64,000 nt of DNA from Candidatus Latescibacterota bacterium (GCA_965208835.1 OZ242358.1:3616001-3680000); one strand, 5' to 3'. Positions 9,503 to 19,922 are shown, counted from the stretch's first letter. Program-made: numbers and translations. The notes: generated by a model not told the origin, from the letters alone.

Positions 9503-10597
9503 TTGAAGATCACCCACGTCGAGGCCACTCCGATCCGCGTACCGCGCCCGCAGCCCTTTACCAGCAGTCTCGGGCGCAGCCAGGAAACCGAGAACGCGAT
9601 TGTCGAAATCCGGACCGACGAAGGCATCACGGGGATCGGCGAAGCCTGCAGCATCTGGGACCGCAAGGGCCGGGGTCAGGCCGAAGACATCAACGATCTG
9701 CTGGCAGAGGCCCTATCGGGCCGGGACCCGTTCCGAATCGCAGAAATCCACGCCCTGATGAACAGCCTGCTGCACCGCTCCGAACCCGCGAAGGCCGGCG
9801 TGGACATGGCCCTCTACGACATCGTCGGCAAGTCGCTGAACACCCCGGTTTACAATCTGCTTGGCGGGCGGGTCCATGACCGCGTTCTACTCAGCCATTC
9901 GCTCTCCATGGGCCAACCGGATCAGGTGGCTGAGCAGGCCGCCTCTCTGGCGATGCAGGGATACGGGACGCTCAAGGCAAAAATCGGCATGGATGCAGAC
10001 GCCGATCTTGCCACCGTCGAGGCCATCCGCAGTCGTGTGGGAAACGACGTCGTACTGCGCGTGGACGCCAACATGGGCTGGCGCAATGCCAAGGAGGCCG
10101 TGCGCAACATCAAATCCCTCGAACCCTGCCGGCTCGAACTGGTGGAACAACCCCTGCATTTCAGCGATCTGGAGGGCCTGCGGCACATCCGGGATCACGT
10201 GGATACGCCCATTATGGCCGACGAGAGTGTCTGGACGCCGGCAGACGCCATGGCCTGCATCAGGGCCGGTGCGGTGGACGTCTTCAATGTTTACGTGGCC
10301 GAAGCCGGGGGCATCTATCCCGCTGCGCAGATCTTCGCCATCGCCGAAGCAGCCCGCCTGCCCTGCATCATCGGCAGCATGCCTGAGCTCGGCATCGGGA
10401 CTTCCGCACAGGCCCACCTCGCGTTTGCCATGCGAAACCTGGGTTATGCCAGCGACGTAAACGGCTTTGTCTATCACGCGGACGACGTCATCGTCGAAAC
10501 CCTTCAAATTTCGGACGGTCATCTACTGCCGCCCCCCGGACCCGGACTGGGCGTAAGCCTGGACCGGGACAAAGTCGACCGGTACCGCATCGCCTGA
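9503..10597 (+). CDS. Mandelate racemase/muconate lactonizing enzyme (enolase superfamily)
   Basis: TDEGITGIGEA, AGVDMALYD, KAK, RVDAN, VEQP, ADES, PGPGLGV; TTG start after AAGGAG. Confidence 0.92.
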   Translation: MKITHVEATPIRVPRPQPFTSSLGRSQETENAIVEIRTDEGITGIGEACSIWDRKGRGQAEDINDLLAEALSGRDPFRIAEIHALMNSLLHRSEPAKAGVDMALYDIVGKSLNTPVYNLLGGRVHDRVLLSHSLSMGQPDQVAEQAASLAMQGYGTLKAKIGMDADADLATVEAIRSRVGNDVVLRVDANMGWRNAKEAVRNIKSLEPCRLELVEQPLHFSDLEGLRHIRDHVDTPIMADESVWTPADAMACIRAGAVDVFNVYVAEAGGIYPAAQIFAIAEAARLPCIIGSMPELGIGTSAQAHLAFAMRNLGYASDVNGFVYHADDVIVETLQISDGHLLPPPGPGLGVSLDRDKVDRYRIA

Positions 10598-10646
10598 AGC
10601 CGACCTGCAAATTCCGAAACTGTCCAATAGACCCACGGAGTACGCT

Positions 10647-11981
10647 ATGACATCCGCCAGAGCCGGGTGGGCCGAAATTGAAACGACCCCGCCGCTCGGA
10701 TTGCCCATGGGAGGGCGCGGTCCTCGTTTCACACCCGGAAAAGCCGTTCTCGATACGCTCATTGCGCAGGCCACTGTCCTGGAAGATTCCGGGGGCAACC
10801 GGACACTCTGGATCTCCGTGGACCTCGTGGGGCTGTCGCCGGTTATCGCTGAACCTCTCAGATATGACCTCTCCGCACTCACCGGCATTCCCATCGAAGC
10901 CGTAATCCTGAATTATTCCCACACCCACAGCGGCCCTATGGGCGGCTTCGAAGGCTACGCCACGCCCTTGCCCAAACCGACCGAACTCCATGCGTACGAC
11001 GAGTCCCTGTGCCGAAACATCATCCACGTCGCGCTCGCGGCAGTGGAAAACCTGCAACCGGTTACGGTGACCGAATACCGGGGCGCGTCGAAGGTAGGTA
11101 TCAACCGACGAAGAAAGGGCCCGTCCGGCGAGACTGGAATGGGTCCGGATCCTGATGGGGCACACAACCCGGACCTGTGGCTGATCGACGTTTCCGCGCT
11201 GGACGGCGGCGACCGGTGCGTGGTTTTCAGCTACGGATGTCACCCAGTCATTGTCTACGGTTACGCGTGGGACGGCATCTCCGCCGACTTTCCGGGTGTC
11301 TGCCGCAATACGCTTCGATCTGAACTCGGCGCAAACGTGCATTGTCAGTTCATCCAGGGCCTCGCAGGGAACGTCAGACCCCGTGTCCTGGCTGATCTGA
11401 TCCGTGGCAGATTCCGTAAGTCGACGCCCGCCGACCCGGTGACCGCGGGAACGGAACTCGCGGGCGACGTTGTCCGGTCGCTTCGTAGCGCAGGCACGAG
11501 GCTGGATCTGGATATCGCCGCTGCTCAAGGGCGATTCCTCGCCCCGCGCGACCAGAGAAGAATACCCCCCGCGGACCACTGGCGATCGCTGTCTACTTCG
11601 GACGACGAACTCAGCCGGAATCTTGGCGGCTACTGGGTCGAGCGGCTCGAAAGCGGTATTCCACCGGTGAAGGCGGTACCCTGGCCCGTGGGTCTGATAC
11701 GCCTTGCAGAGGAGCGCCGGATCGCCTGGATCGCGGGAGAGGTCCTTGCCGAATGGCTTGGCCTCGTGAGAGCATGGCTGAACGACCCGAACCTGATCGC
11801 GTGGGGCTACTGCCAGGAGGGACGCGGTTATCTTCCAACGGACGAACTTCTGCCCGAAGGAGGCTACGAAGTCGACCGCGCCAACACGTACACCACCACC
11901 GGTCCGGGTCCCTTCGCCGAAGGACTCAACGCGTCGGCCCGGCAGACCTTTCTGTCGCTGGCCCGTCAACTCCAGGCCTGA
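10647..11981 (+). CDS. Neutral/alkaline ceramidase N-terminal-like hydrolase
   Basis: SHTHSGP, INRR, YGCHP, ISADFPG, GYLPT...EGGYE. Confidence 0.75.
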   Translation: MTSARAGWAEIETTPPLGLPMGGRGPRFTPGKAVLDTLIAQATVLEDSGGNRTLWISVDLVGLSPVIAEPLRYDLSALTGIPIEAVILNYSHTHSGPMGGFEGYATPLPKPTELHAYDESLCRNIIHVALAAVENLQPVTVTEYRGASKVGINRRRKGPSGETGMGPDPDGAHNPDLWLIDVSALDGGDRCVVFSYGCHPVIVYGYAWDGISADFPGVCRNTLRSELGANVHCQFIQGLAGNVRPRVLADLIRGRFRKSTPADPVTAGTELAGDVVRSLRSAGTRLDLDIAAAQGRFLAPRDQRRIPPADHWRSLSTSDDELSRNLGGYWVERLESGIPPVKAVPWPVGLIRLAEERRIAWIAGEVLAEWLGLVRAWLNDPNLIAWGYCQEGRGYLPTDELLPEGGYEVDRANTYTTTGPGPFAEGLNASARQTFLSLARQLQA

Positions 11982-12060
11982 CACTTCTCCAGCCCGGCCT
12001 CCGGAATGCCCGTGACAACACCCATCCCGACAGCCGTTTACCCCTGACCGCACCGTCGAC

Positions 12061-13758
12061 ATGCCCGCAAACTGGCGCAACAGAGCCGCCGCACCCTTTG
12101 AGCCCCGGAAGCAGCCGGCAGCCGGATCGCGCGGCGTGGTTGCCGCCAATCATCCGATCGGCTCCGCCGCGGGCGCACAGATGTTTGCTCTGGGCGGGAA
12201 CGCCATCGACGCCGCGGTGGCCGCGCTCTTCGCCCTCAACGTCGTCGAGCCACAAATGGTAGGCCTCTTCGGCGCGGGCTGGATCAACATCCGCCTCGCC
12301 GACGGCACGCCCGTCATTCTGGACACGTATGCCTGCGCCCCTGCCGCGGCAGCGTCGGGCATGTATGCGCCCGTTTCCGACGCGTGGCCGGACTACATGC
12401 GGGCTGAAAACGACGCCAACAAAATCGGCCCGCTGGCCATCGGGGTTCCGGGCGCGCTGAAGGGATGGTGCGAGGCGCTCAGGCGCTGGGGCGAGCTGGA
12501 CCTGAAGACCGTCATTCAGCCCGCGATCCAGGTTGCCGAGAACGGATTTCCCGCCACCGGGTATCTGGCTGAATCCGTGGCGCAGAATGAGCGGCATCTG
12601 AGCCAATTCCCCGAAACAGCCCGCATTTTTCTGCCCAAAGGGCGGCCCCTTGCGCCGGGCACCCGGCTTGTTCAGCCCGATCTCGCCGCGTCCCTGCGGG
12701 ACATCGCCGATGGAGGTCCCGACGTACTCTATTGCGGCCCGCTTGGAAAGAGAATCGTCGATCACATCCAGGAAAGCGGCGGCGTCCTTACCATGGAAGA
12801 TCTGGCCGCCTATCGCGCCGTGCGGCGCAGCGCGGTCAGAGGAACCTACCGTGGATACGAACTCTCTGTGCCGTCGCCTCCCTGCTCCGGCGGCGTACAC
12901 CTGCTTCAGATCCTCAATCTGATGGAGGGATTCGACGTCGCGGATCTCGGATTCGGGACAGCGGAAAGCATCCACGTCCTGGCCGAATGCTTCAAGATCG
13001 CCTTTGCCGATCGCACAAAACACATGGGCGACCCCCGACATGTCGAAGTGCCCGTCGAATGGCTTACATCGAAAACCTATGGAGCTCAGCGACGCGAGGA
13101 GATCAACCTGGCGGTAGCGGCCCGTGTCGACGCGGGCATTCCGCCCTCAGCCGAATCCGCGTGTACCACCCATGTGACCGCCGCGGACGCGGCCGGCAAT
13201 GTGGCCTCCATGACCCAGACCATCAATGAAGCATTCGGCTGCAAGGCCATTGCCCCGGGAACCGGCCTGTTCCTGAACAACAATATGGCCCTCTTCGACC
13301 CTCACCCCGGTATGGCCAACTCGGTCGGACCCAACCGGCGTATGCTCAGCAGCAACGCGCCCACCATTGTAACCAGAAACGGCGAGCCCTGTTTCGCGTT
13401 GGGCACCCCCGGCGGCGTACGCATCTTTCCCGCCGTACTGCAGGCTATCGTCAACCTTGTCGACCACGGAATGACCCTGCAGGAAGCGGTTGAAGCTCCC
13501 AGGGTATGGACCCAGGGCCAGGAGCTGGAAATCGAACCCGTCATTCCCCGCGAGGTAAGAACCCGGCTCACCGCCCGCGGTCACGACGTACGCGAAGTCA
13601 ACACCGTTGCCGGAGGGATGAACGGCGTCGCCTACGATCACACCACCGGGACCATCTCGGGCGCCGCCTGCTGGCGCGCCGACGGGTCCCCAGTTGCCGT
13701 AGCAGGCGGACCGGCGCGCCCCGGAATCCGGTTCAGACCAGACGCCGGCCGGACGTAA
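12061..13758 (+). CDS. ggt: Gamma-glutamyltransferase (cytoplasmic type)
   Basis: GGNAIDAAVA, IGVPG, CTTHVT nucleophile, LNNNM, LSSNAP, GTPGG. Confidence 0.93.
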   Translation: MPANWRNRAAAPFEPRKQPAAGSRGVVAANHPIGSAAGAQMFALGGNAIDAAVAALFALNVVEPQMVGLFGAGWINIRLADGTPVILDTYACAPAAAASGMYAPVSDAWPDYMRAENDANKIGPLAIGVPGALKGWCEALRRWGELDLKTVIQPAIQVAENGFPATGYLAESVAQNERHLSQFPETARIFLPKGRPLAPGTRLVQPDLAASLRDIADGGPDVLYCGPLGKRIVDHIQESGGVLTMEDLAAYRAVRRSAVRGTYRGYELSVPSPPCSGGVHLLQILNLMEGFDVADLGFGTAESIHVLAECFKIAFADRTKHMGDPRHVEVPVEWLTSKTYGAQRREEINLAVAARVDAGIPPSAESACTTHVTAADAAGNVASMTQTINEAFGCKAIAPGTGLFLNNNMALFDPHPGMANSVGPNRRMLSSNAPTIVTRNGEPCFALGTPGGVRIFPAVLQAIVNLVDHGMTLQEAVEAPRVWTQGQELEIEPVIPREVRTRLTARGHDVREVNTVAGGMNGVAYDHTTGTISGAACWRADGSPVAVAGGPARPGIRFRPDAGRT

Positions 13759-13846
13759 CGTCGAACCTTGCGTAAATTTCCCGACGCCGAATCCGGGAAG
13801 CTGAGTCGTCAGCACCTGCAAAACGGCGCTATTCAATCCTCTGCAT

Positions 13847-16630
13847 TTGGAACCGGGAGATTCGTGGACAATGTATCCCTGGCTGGAGACCTGGCATGGT
13901 GAATTCGATATCGCGGAGATGCTGGACTCCGGCCGATGGGAACGATACCGGACTCACGTCGAGCATCCCGCGACCATCTTCTCACGGAGCGATATCGACC
14001 GCGCCAGGGAAAACGTCTCCGACCACTCGTGGGCACGAAAGGCGTTGGAGACCCTTCTGGTTAGAGTCGAATCTGCGGGGACGGTTTCCGGGGAGTGGGT
14101 GCGGACCTATGTGCCGTCGACGACCCCTTTCTCGCCCCATTTTACCATGTGTCCAAAGTGCGAGTTCGCGCCAATGCACGGCGCCTACGACTGGTATCCG
14201 TACGATCCGGAACACATCCGCTGCAAGGGTTGCCGCACCGTATATCCAAACGACGAATATCCGGAAGACGTGGTCTTCGCTAGCCGCTTCGACACCGGGC
14301 AGAATATCACACTATATGGCGGGAAGTCGTGGCAGGCATACGGATACACGGCCATCCACTCCAGCTTTTCCGGCCATGCCCGCATACACCAGTGCCGGCA
14401 CGCGGCGAACACTGCCGAAGACCTGGCGCTGGCCTACGCGCTGACCGGAATACGGGACTACGCGTCGAGCGCAGCGTCTATCCTGAAACGGTTTGCCGAC
14501 GTCCATCCCGCGTATCTTGTACACTCCTCATACGGCGACATCGCGGACTTCGATCCGAAGGTCGCGGCAACCCGGGTCGATAATCTGCCCGAAGACGAAT
14601 GGTGTCCGCCGGGCAACAAACCGAACCGAAAGCTCCATCCCGGATACTGGGCCGTACTGCGCTGGGGCTCCTCCGGAGGAATGGAAGGCACCTCGCTGCA
14701 GAAACTTATCCTTGCCTACGACCTGGTGGCCGAAACCCTCTCAGACGCGGAAAAACGGCATATCGAGCACGACCTGTTCCTCGACGCGGCCGTGATGCTC
14801 TTCTCTGACGACGTTATCAACAACAAGACCGGTATGAACCGTTGCGCCGTCGGCCTGATCGGAATCGTCTGCGGCGACCCGCTGCTGATCCGTTTCGGCC
14901 TCGACGGCTTTGTGAGGGCCGTGAGGGACTGGTGGCTGCCCGACGGGGGAACACCGGAGTCAATCGGATACGCGGGCATGATGTTGTCCGGCATCTGGCG
15001 CATCGCCGAAGCCCTCAAGCGCTATTCGGATCCGGATGGCGTGGATCTGCCGCCGGCGCCTCTGCATCGAGTGGACCTCTACAGATGGCCGCGCTACCGG
15101 GCGGTCTGGCAGAACATGGCCCGTCCGCTCCTGCCGGACCTGAATTATCCTCTGCTGGCGGACAACCGGCTTCCCTGTCACCTCTCTGCCATGTTCGCCG
15201 ACATTCTCGCGCGCAACTACCCGACGGAAAACAACCGCATGCTTCAACGGGACATCGCCAGGATGGAACGCTGCTATGCCGGCCGCATCGCGCAGTTCTG
15301 GTACGGCGGCAACCTGGACACGGCGGCCGCCTTCTACCGGCAGTCTGTCGCTCTGCCTGATCGACCTCCCAGGTTCACCGACGATCTGGGGCCCCACCTG
15401 AACATCGGAACCCTGCGTACGGGACGAGAGGGAAGCGGCGGCGCGGTCATCCTCTACGGCGCGGACTGGAAGGGCCACCATCACCACGACCATCTCAATC
15501 TATACTATTGGAAGGAGGGTCGTGAACTGCTCACCGATCTCGGCTATCTGTGGGATATGGAAGACCTCCGTTACGGAGTCAACCGTACCTTCGCGCACAA
15601 TCTGGTGCTGGTTGACGGTGATGAGCAGGCAACGCGCGGCCGCCGGGCATCCTTTCAACTCTTTTCGGCATGTGCGCACGCGAAGGTGATGGAGGCCTCT
15701 TCCAACGTCTATCCGAACACCTCGGTCTACCGCCGGACGATCGCCATCGTCGGCAGCGGCCAGGGCGAATACGTCGTCGATATCTTCCGCGTCCGGGGCG
15801 GCGGCCGACACGACTGGGTCATGCACGGCCCTGACCGTTCCCTCGCAATCTCCGGTATGCGGACCAGCCCGACGGACGAAGAGATATACGATCTCACGCA
15901 GACACGTCATGGTCAGTCGGTATCCCCCTGGTCCGCCGCGTGGGCGCACGGCAACGGGGCGCCTTTCCGCGTACACTTCCCGGCGTGCGAATCCGAACAG
16001 GTTCTTGTCGGCGAGGGTTTCGGGCAGCGCAAGGCCCGCGACAGAGGCGCCACTGTCCCGTACCTCCTGCGCCGGCGAAACAACCGGGACAGCGCGTTCG
16101 TAACGGTGTATTCCGTTGGTAACGCCGTCAGCTCCGTACGCGTTCTCTACCTGAACCCGACCACACTCGCGACCGTCGTCGAGGTCACCACGAACACGGG
16201 GAGAGATGTGTTGATCAGCGCCGGTAACGACCGGGCCCCCGAGTCCGTCGAGCAGGCGGGCCTTTCCGTTCGCTTCAACGGCCGATTCGGTTTCATCTCG
16301 GGTGAAGACGCCTGGCTGGTCGGAGGCACATGTCTTCAACGAGGCGAAATCTCCCTCAAGCAAGACTTCGCGGCACTGTCCGGTCCCGTCCTGGAGACCC
16401 GTGTTGACGAGAGTGAATCCGGCCTGGTAACCGATGGCCAGAAGAGCCGGCTGCGCCAGCTGGTGGGTAGACACATCTTCGTAACCGAAGACGGAAATAG
16501 GATCCGGGCATATCCGGTTCTCGGGCTCACGGAGTCCGGAAGACAACCGGTGCTGGTCACACGTCGCGGCGACCGGGGTCACGATATCCGGGACGGCAAG
16601 TCGTGGATGGCCTGGCTGGATACATGCTGA
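13847..16630 (+). CDS. Heparinase II/III-family polysaccharide lyase-like protein (start may be ATG 13871)
   Basis: ESIGY, GHHHHDHLNL, LTDLGY, AHNLVLVDG, YRRTI, VDIFRVRGG; N-terminal CPKC...CKGC. Confidence 0.8.
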   Translation: MEPGDSWTMYPWLETWHGEFDIAEMLDSGRWERYRTHVEHPATIFSRSDIDRARENVSDHSWARKALETLLVRVESAGTVSGEWVRTYVPSTTPFSPHFTMCPKCEFAPMHGAYDWYPYDPEHIRCKGCRTVYPNDEYPEDVVFASRFDTGQNITLYGGKSWQAYGYTAIHSSFSGHARIHQCRHAANTAEDLALAYALTGIRDYASSAASILKRFADVHPAYLVHSSYGDIADFDPKVAATRVDNLPEDEWCPPGNKPNRKLHPGYWAVLRWGSSGGMEGTSLQKLILAYDLVAETLSDAEKRHIEHDLFLDAAVMLFSDDVINNKTGMNRCAVGLIGIVCGDPLLIRFGLDGFVRAVRDWWLPDGGTPESIGYAGMMLSGIWRIAEALKRYSDPDGVDLPPAPLHRVDLYRWPRYRAVWQNMARPLLPDLNYPLLADNRLPCHLSAMFADILARNYPTENNRMLQRDIARMERCYAGRIAQFWYGGNLDTAAAFYRQSVALPDRPPRFTDDLGPHLNIGTLRTGREGSGGAVILYGADWKGHHHHDHLNLYYWKEGRELLTDLGYLWDMEDLRYGVNRTFAHNLVLVDGDEQATRGRRASFQLFSACAHAKVMEASSNVYPNTSVYRRTIAIVGSGQGEYVVDIFRVRGGGRHDWVMHGPDRSLAISGMRTSPTDEEIYDLTQTRHGQSVSPWSAAWAHGNGAPFRVHFPACESEQVLVGEGFGQRKARDRGATVPYLLRRRNNRDSAFVTVYSVGNAVSSVRVLYLNPTTLATVVEVTTNTGRDVLISAGNDRAPESVEQAGLSVRFNGRFGFISGEDAWLVGGTCLQRGEISLKQDFAALSGPVLETRVDESESGLVTDGQKSRLRQLVGRHIFVTEDGNRIRAYPVLGLTESGRQPVLVTRRGDRGHDIRDGKSWMAWLDTC

Positions 16631-16768
16631 ACACCGGAACTGGCGGCGGGCTGCAACGCGCAGCGGACGCCGGGTGGTTAGAACCGCCGTATCCGGGAAC
16701 TTCGAACGGACGGAAGCGTTTCAGAGTTATACCCCTTTGTCGTCCTTCATTTCCGGCAGGAGGCCTCG

Positions 16769-17188
16769 GTGATGCCAGGCACATTCTTTCGCGCTCTTTC
16801 GGTTCTCGCCCTTGTGCATTTTATCGCGAGTCCTGCGGGAGGGGAACCTCCCGCGCCCGCGGATGCACTGAAGAGACAGCTGTCGAAACGCGGGGAAGGA
16901 TCAACCAGTGGGAAAATGCTGAAGGGGTTGCGACAGAGGCTTAATCGAAAACGGGATCTTGAGAAGGAACGCACAATGACTACAATCGCGCTGGAGCGCC
17001 TGTTGATACAGAGGTCGCCTCTGGATAACATGCCCATCGTCAACCCCGGCGCCGGTTTCGCGTTCAACATGCCCATCGCCCGACCGGACCCCAACATCGA
17101 CTACAAGCTGCGTATACTCAAGACGCCGGCCGTCACATACGTCGTGGATTCAATCCGGCCTGAATCGCGAAAATTCAAGCCCAAATGA
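16769..17188 (+). CDS. Small secreted hypothetical protein
   Basis: SD AGGAGG, signal-peptide-like N-terminus, duplicated NMPI motif, downstream terminator. Confidence 0.65.
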   Translation: MMPGTFFRALSVLALVHFIASPAGGEPPAPADALKRQLSKRGEGSTSGKMLKGLRQRLNRKRDLEKERTMTTIALERLLIQRSPLDNMPIVNPGAGFAFNMPIARPDPNIDYKLRILKTPAVTYVVDSIRPESRKFKPK

Positions 17189-17217
17189 CGAATCAGGGCA
17201 TTTTACGGTCGAAGACG

Positions 17218-17251
17218 AAAAAGGCTCCGGGTTCTTCCCGAAGCCTTTTTT
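17218..17251. terminator. Bidirectional intrinsic terminator
   Basis: AAAAAGGCTCCGGG-TTCTT-CCCGAAGCCTTTTTT between convergent genes. Confidence 0.8.
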
Positions 17252-17309
17252 GTGCCGGATTCGAAGGGATTGAGAGGCGACTACAACCCGGATCTGTGTT
17301 TGCATCGCG

Positions 17310-18542
17310 TTACGCCAGGGTAAGCGCCGTATCGATCAAACGCTGTCCGGCCTCCCAGGTCAGCGGCGCCGGCAGATCTGAATTGAACATGAAAGCGGAA
17401 CGGACCTCGTAACCACCTCCATCCCATCCCAACTTCGACGGGAAATAGCCGGCGTGTGCGTTCGCCTGATTTACAATAACCAATCGATCGTCGGGCCATC
17501 GACGCCTGAGTTCGAGCCCCCACGAACCGAACAGCTGTCCTGGAAAACACGCCAGAAATACATCCCCGATCCGAAACCCCTGCACCTCCAGTTGCACCCT
17601 GTCGGGTACCGTATCACCGGCCGCTCGCATCGCCAGTTGATCCCGCGCCCAGCCGGCCTGGTACGAATCAGGTCTGGAGCCCGCCAACTGTTCCTTCAGA
17701 TCCGCGCTTGTCGGCAGTGTATCCAGCAGACACGTGCAACGGAGCCGACGCGCGTCGAGACGCGACACGTCCGTCTGTGTGATGTTCCCGGCCAATTCCA
17801 GCACCGAACCCGCCAACCCGCCGCCCACTTTCTGCACCTCGGCGAAATTCTGCTCCGGCCGGTAAGGCCCCACGTCGCCCAGGCAACCGTTGAAAAACGC
17901 CGATGTACCGCCCCACGCTTGTTCCAGTTCATTGCAGACCACACCGGGAAAGTCAGGGGACCAATAGAGATTTGTCCCGGTCAGGATGGTCGGATGGCAG
18001 CCGTAGTTCACCCACGTTGCCACAGCGCTTCCGTCCTCTGCCGAAAAGCGTACCAGCCCGAGCATCGAATCGATCGGTTGACCGTCCTTGCGCCGGTTGT
18101 GGTGAAACACGGGTTCCCGCGTCTGCGCGAAGCCGATCGATACCGGCTTCAGATCATTTGATGCTCTGATCACCGCATCGACGATCCGTTCCTTCAGGTC
18201 CGCCATATACGACGGGTCGGGTGCGTCGTCGCGGAACCGGGTGGTTACGGGTCCCGAGTGGGTGTGTGTCGTCGCAATGAGAATTCCGTCGATTGCAATT
18301 CCCGTCCGTTCCAGGATCGCTTCCCTCATCCGTTCCGTCGTGCCTTCGCTGAACCCAACTGTGTCCACAACGACGAGCGCAACACGTACCAATCCCTGTT
18401 CGCACACAAAAGCCCTGGCCCACAGCGGCAGATGGACACCGACGGCCGGGTTCGTGCGACCCGCGTATCCCGCCATGGACAGTCCGGCCGGCGGCGTCAC
18501 GTCGACCTTCGCGGCGCCCATCCTCAGGTTCTTTCGCATCAT
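17310..18542 (-). CDS. Neutral/alkaline ceramidase N-terminal-like hydrolase (second paralog)
   Basis: VDVTPP, MAGY, THTHSGP, HNRR, YGCHPT, SPDFPG, GGYE. Confidence 0.8.
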   Translation of the reverse strand: MMRKNLRMGAAKVDVTPPAGLSMAGYAGRTNPAVGVHLPLWARAFVCEQGLVRVALVVVDTVGFSEGTTERMREAILERTGIAIDGILIATTHTHSGPVTTRFRDDAPDPSYMADLKERIVDAVIRASNDLKPVSIGFAQTREPVFHHNRRKDGQPIDSMLGLVRFSAEDGSAVATWVNYGCHPTILTGTNLYWSPDFPGVVCNELEQAWGGTSAFFNGCLGDVGPYRPEQNFAEVQKVGGGLAGSVLELAGNITQTDVSRLDARRLRCTCLLDTLPTSADLKEQLAGSRPDSYQAGWARDQLAMRAAGDTVPDRVQLEVQGFRIGDVFLACFPGQLFGSWGLELRRRWPDDRLVIVNQANAHAGYFPSKLGWDGGGYEVRSAFMFNSDLPAPLTWEAGQRLIDTALTLA

Positions 18543-18594
18543 CTCCTCCCTGAATCGAGTCGAATACGAGGCCGTCGGAATCGTAGAATTATCC

Positions 18595-18623
18595 TTGACA
18601 CGCAGACGCCGCTTTTGTATTTT
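18595..18623 (+). promoter_or_regulatory. Sigma70-type promoter for tRNA-Thr
   Basis: TTGACA-17 nt-TATTTT followed by a GC-rich discriminator. Confidence 0.7.
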
Positions 18624-18671
18624 ACCCGCTTCGAATTCGGGATGATAATCGTGTGTTTTTCATTGCTTTAG

Positions 18672-18831
18672 CAGTCCGTTGATGAAGTCGCTCTGCAGGC
18701 GAGGCCGAACCATTGCGTTCGAAGACAAGGCGCGCGACCGAGTCCCATCCAGCGATTCGGCGAGCGAGCGCAACGCAGTATTTCGACCGCATGGGCCGGC
18801 CGTAACCCGGATGGACTTTCTCAACGGGCTG
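18672..18831. mobile_element. MITE family A copy 2 (160 bp)
   Basis: TIR CAGTCCGTTGATGAAG / CTTTCTCAACGGGCTG; TSD TTAG on both sides, the last G being tRNA position 1. Confidence 0.93.
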
Positions 18832-18834
18832 TTA

Positions 18835-18910
<76 letters not shown>

Positions 18911-18914
18911 TTTG

Positions 18915-18958
18915 CAGGAAAGGGCCTGTGTGATGGCATACACAAGCCCTTTCTTGTT
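18915..18958. terminator. Hairpin terminator after tRNA (also faces the transaldolase gene)
   Basis: CAGGAAAGGGCCTGTGT / ACACAAGCCCTTTCTTG inverted repeat. Confidence 0.7.
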
Positions 18959-18985
18959 TCCGGATGATTCCATTGGCAAGGCTAA

Positions 18986-19145
18986 CAGTCCGTTGATGAA
19001 GTCGCTCTGCAGGCGAGGCCGAGCCATTGCGTTCGAAGACAAGGCGCGCGACCGAGTCCCATCCAGCGATTCGGCGAGCGAGCGCAACGCAGTATTTCGA
19101 CCGCAAGGGCCGGCCGTAGCCCGGATGGACTTTTTCAACGGGCTG
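18986..19145. mobile_element. MITE family A copy 3 (160 bp)
   Basis: Same TIRs; TSD CTAA on both sides, overlapping the transaldolase stop codon; 4 differences from copy 2 by eye. Confidence 0.93.
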
Positions 19146-19817
19146 CTAAACCACAACCGTGTCCGGCTGGTTCTCCTTCCACGCATTCCAATCGCTCAGG
19201 AAGCGCTCGAGGCCGTCTTCCGTGAGCGGATGCGCCAGCAGCTTTTTCAATACGTCGGGTGGTAGAGTGGACACATCCGCTCCGGCGCAAGCGGCATCGA
19301 TGACGTGGAGGGGGTGCCTCAAACTGGCTGCCAGCACCTCGGTCTCAAATCCGTAATTGTCGTAAATCCGGCGAATGGTCCTGATCAAGTCCATTCCGAC
19401 GTGCCCGATGTCGTCCAGGCGCCCCAGAAAGGGACTGATATACGCAGCTCCCGCCTTCGCCGCCAGCAGTGCCTGGTTGGGGGAGAAGCACAGCGTCACG
19501 TTGGTGCGGATCCCTTCATCGCTACAGGCCCTGATCGCCTTAAGCCCGTCCAGCGTAATGGGAACCTTGACGACCACGTTGTCATGTATGCTCGCCAGAT
19601 GGCGCGCCTCCTCGAGCATCAGTCGCCACTCGGTACTTACGACCTCGGCGCTGACCGGCCCGTCCACCAGTTCGCAAATCTCGAGTATGATCTCCTCAAA
19701 CGTTCCCTCTTCCTTTGAGATGTGCGTCGGATTCGTTGTCACGCCATCCAGAACGCCCATCTCGTTGGCTTCGCGTATCTCGTCCAGATCGGCCGTGTCT
19801 ATGAAGAACTTCATCAC
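19146..19817 (-). CDS. tal: Transaldolase / fructose-6-phosphate aldolase family (short TalC/FSA type)
   Basis: [44 protein letters not shown]. Confidence 0.93.
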   Translation of the reverse strand: MMKFFIDTADLDEIREANEMGVLDGVTTNPTHISKEEGTFEEIILEICELVDGPVSAEVVSTEWRLMLEEARHLASIHDNVVVKVPITLDGLKAIRACSDEGIRTNVTLCFSPNQALLAAKAGAAYISPFLGRLDDIGHVGMDLIRTIRRIYDNYGFETEVLAASLRHPLHVIDAACAGADVSTLPPDVLKKLLAHPLTEDGLERFLSDWNAWKENQPDTVVV

Positions 19818-19922
19818 TCGCCCTCCTGCAGTTTGGTTTTCTATAGTTCCTGGAATCGGAAAATCATAAAACCGTAATTCGTGCTCTTCGCGCTGATGAG
19901 TCGGAACAAGGACAAATGTGAC

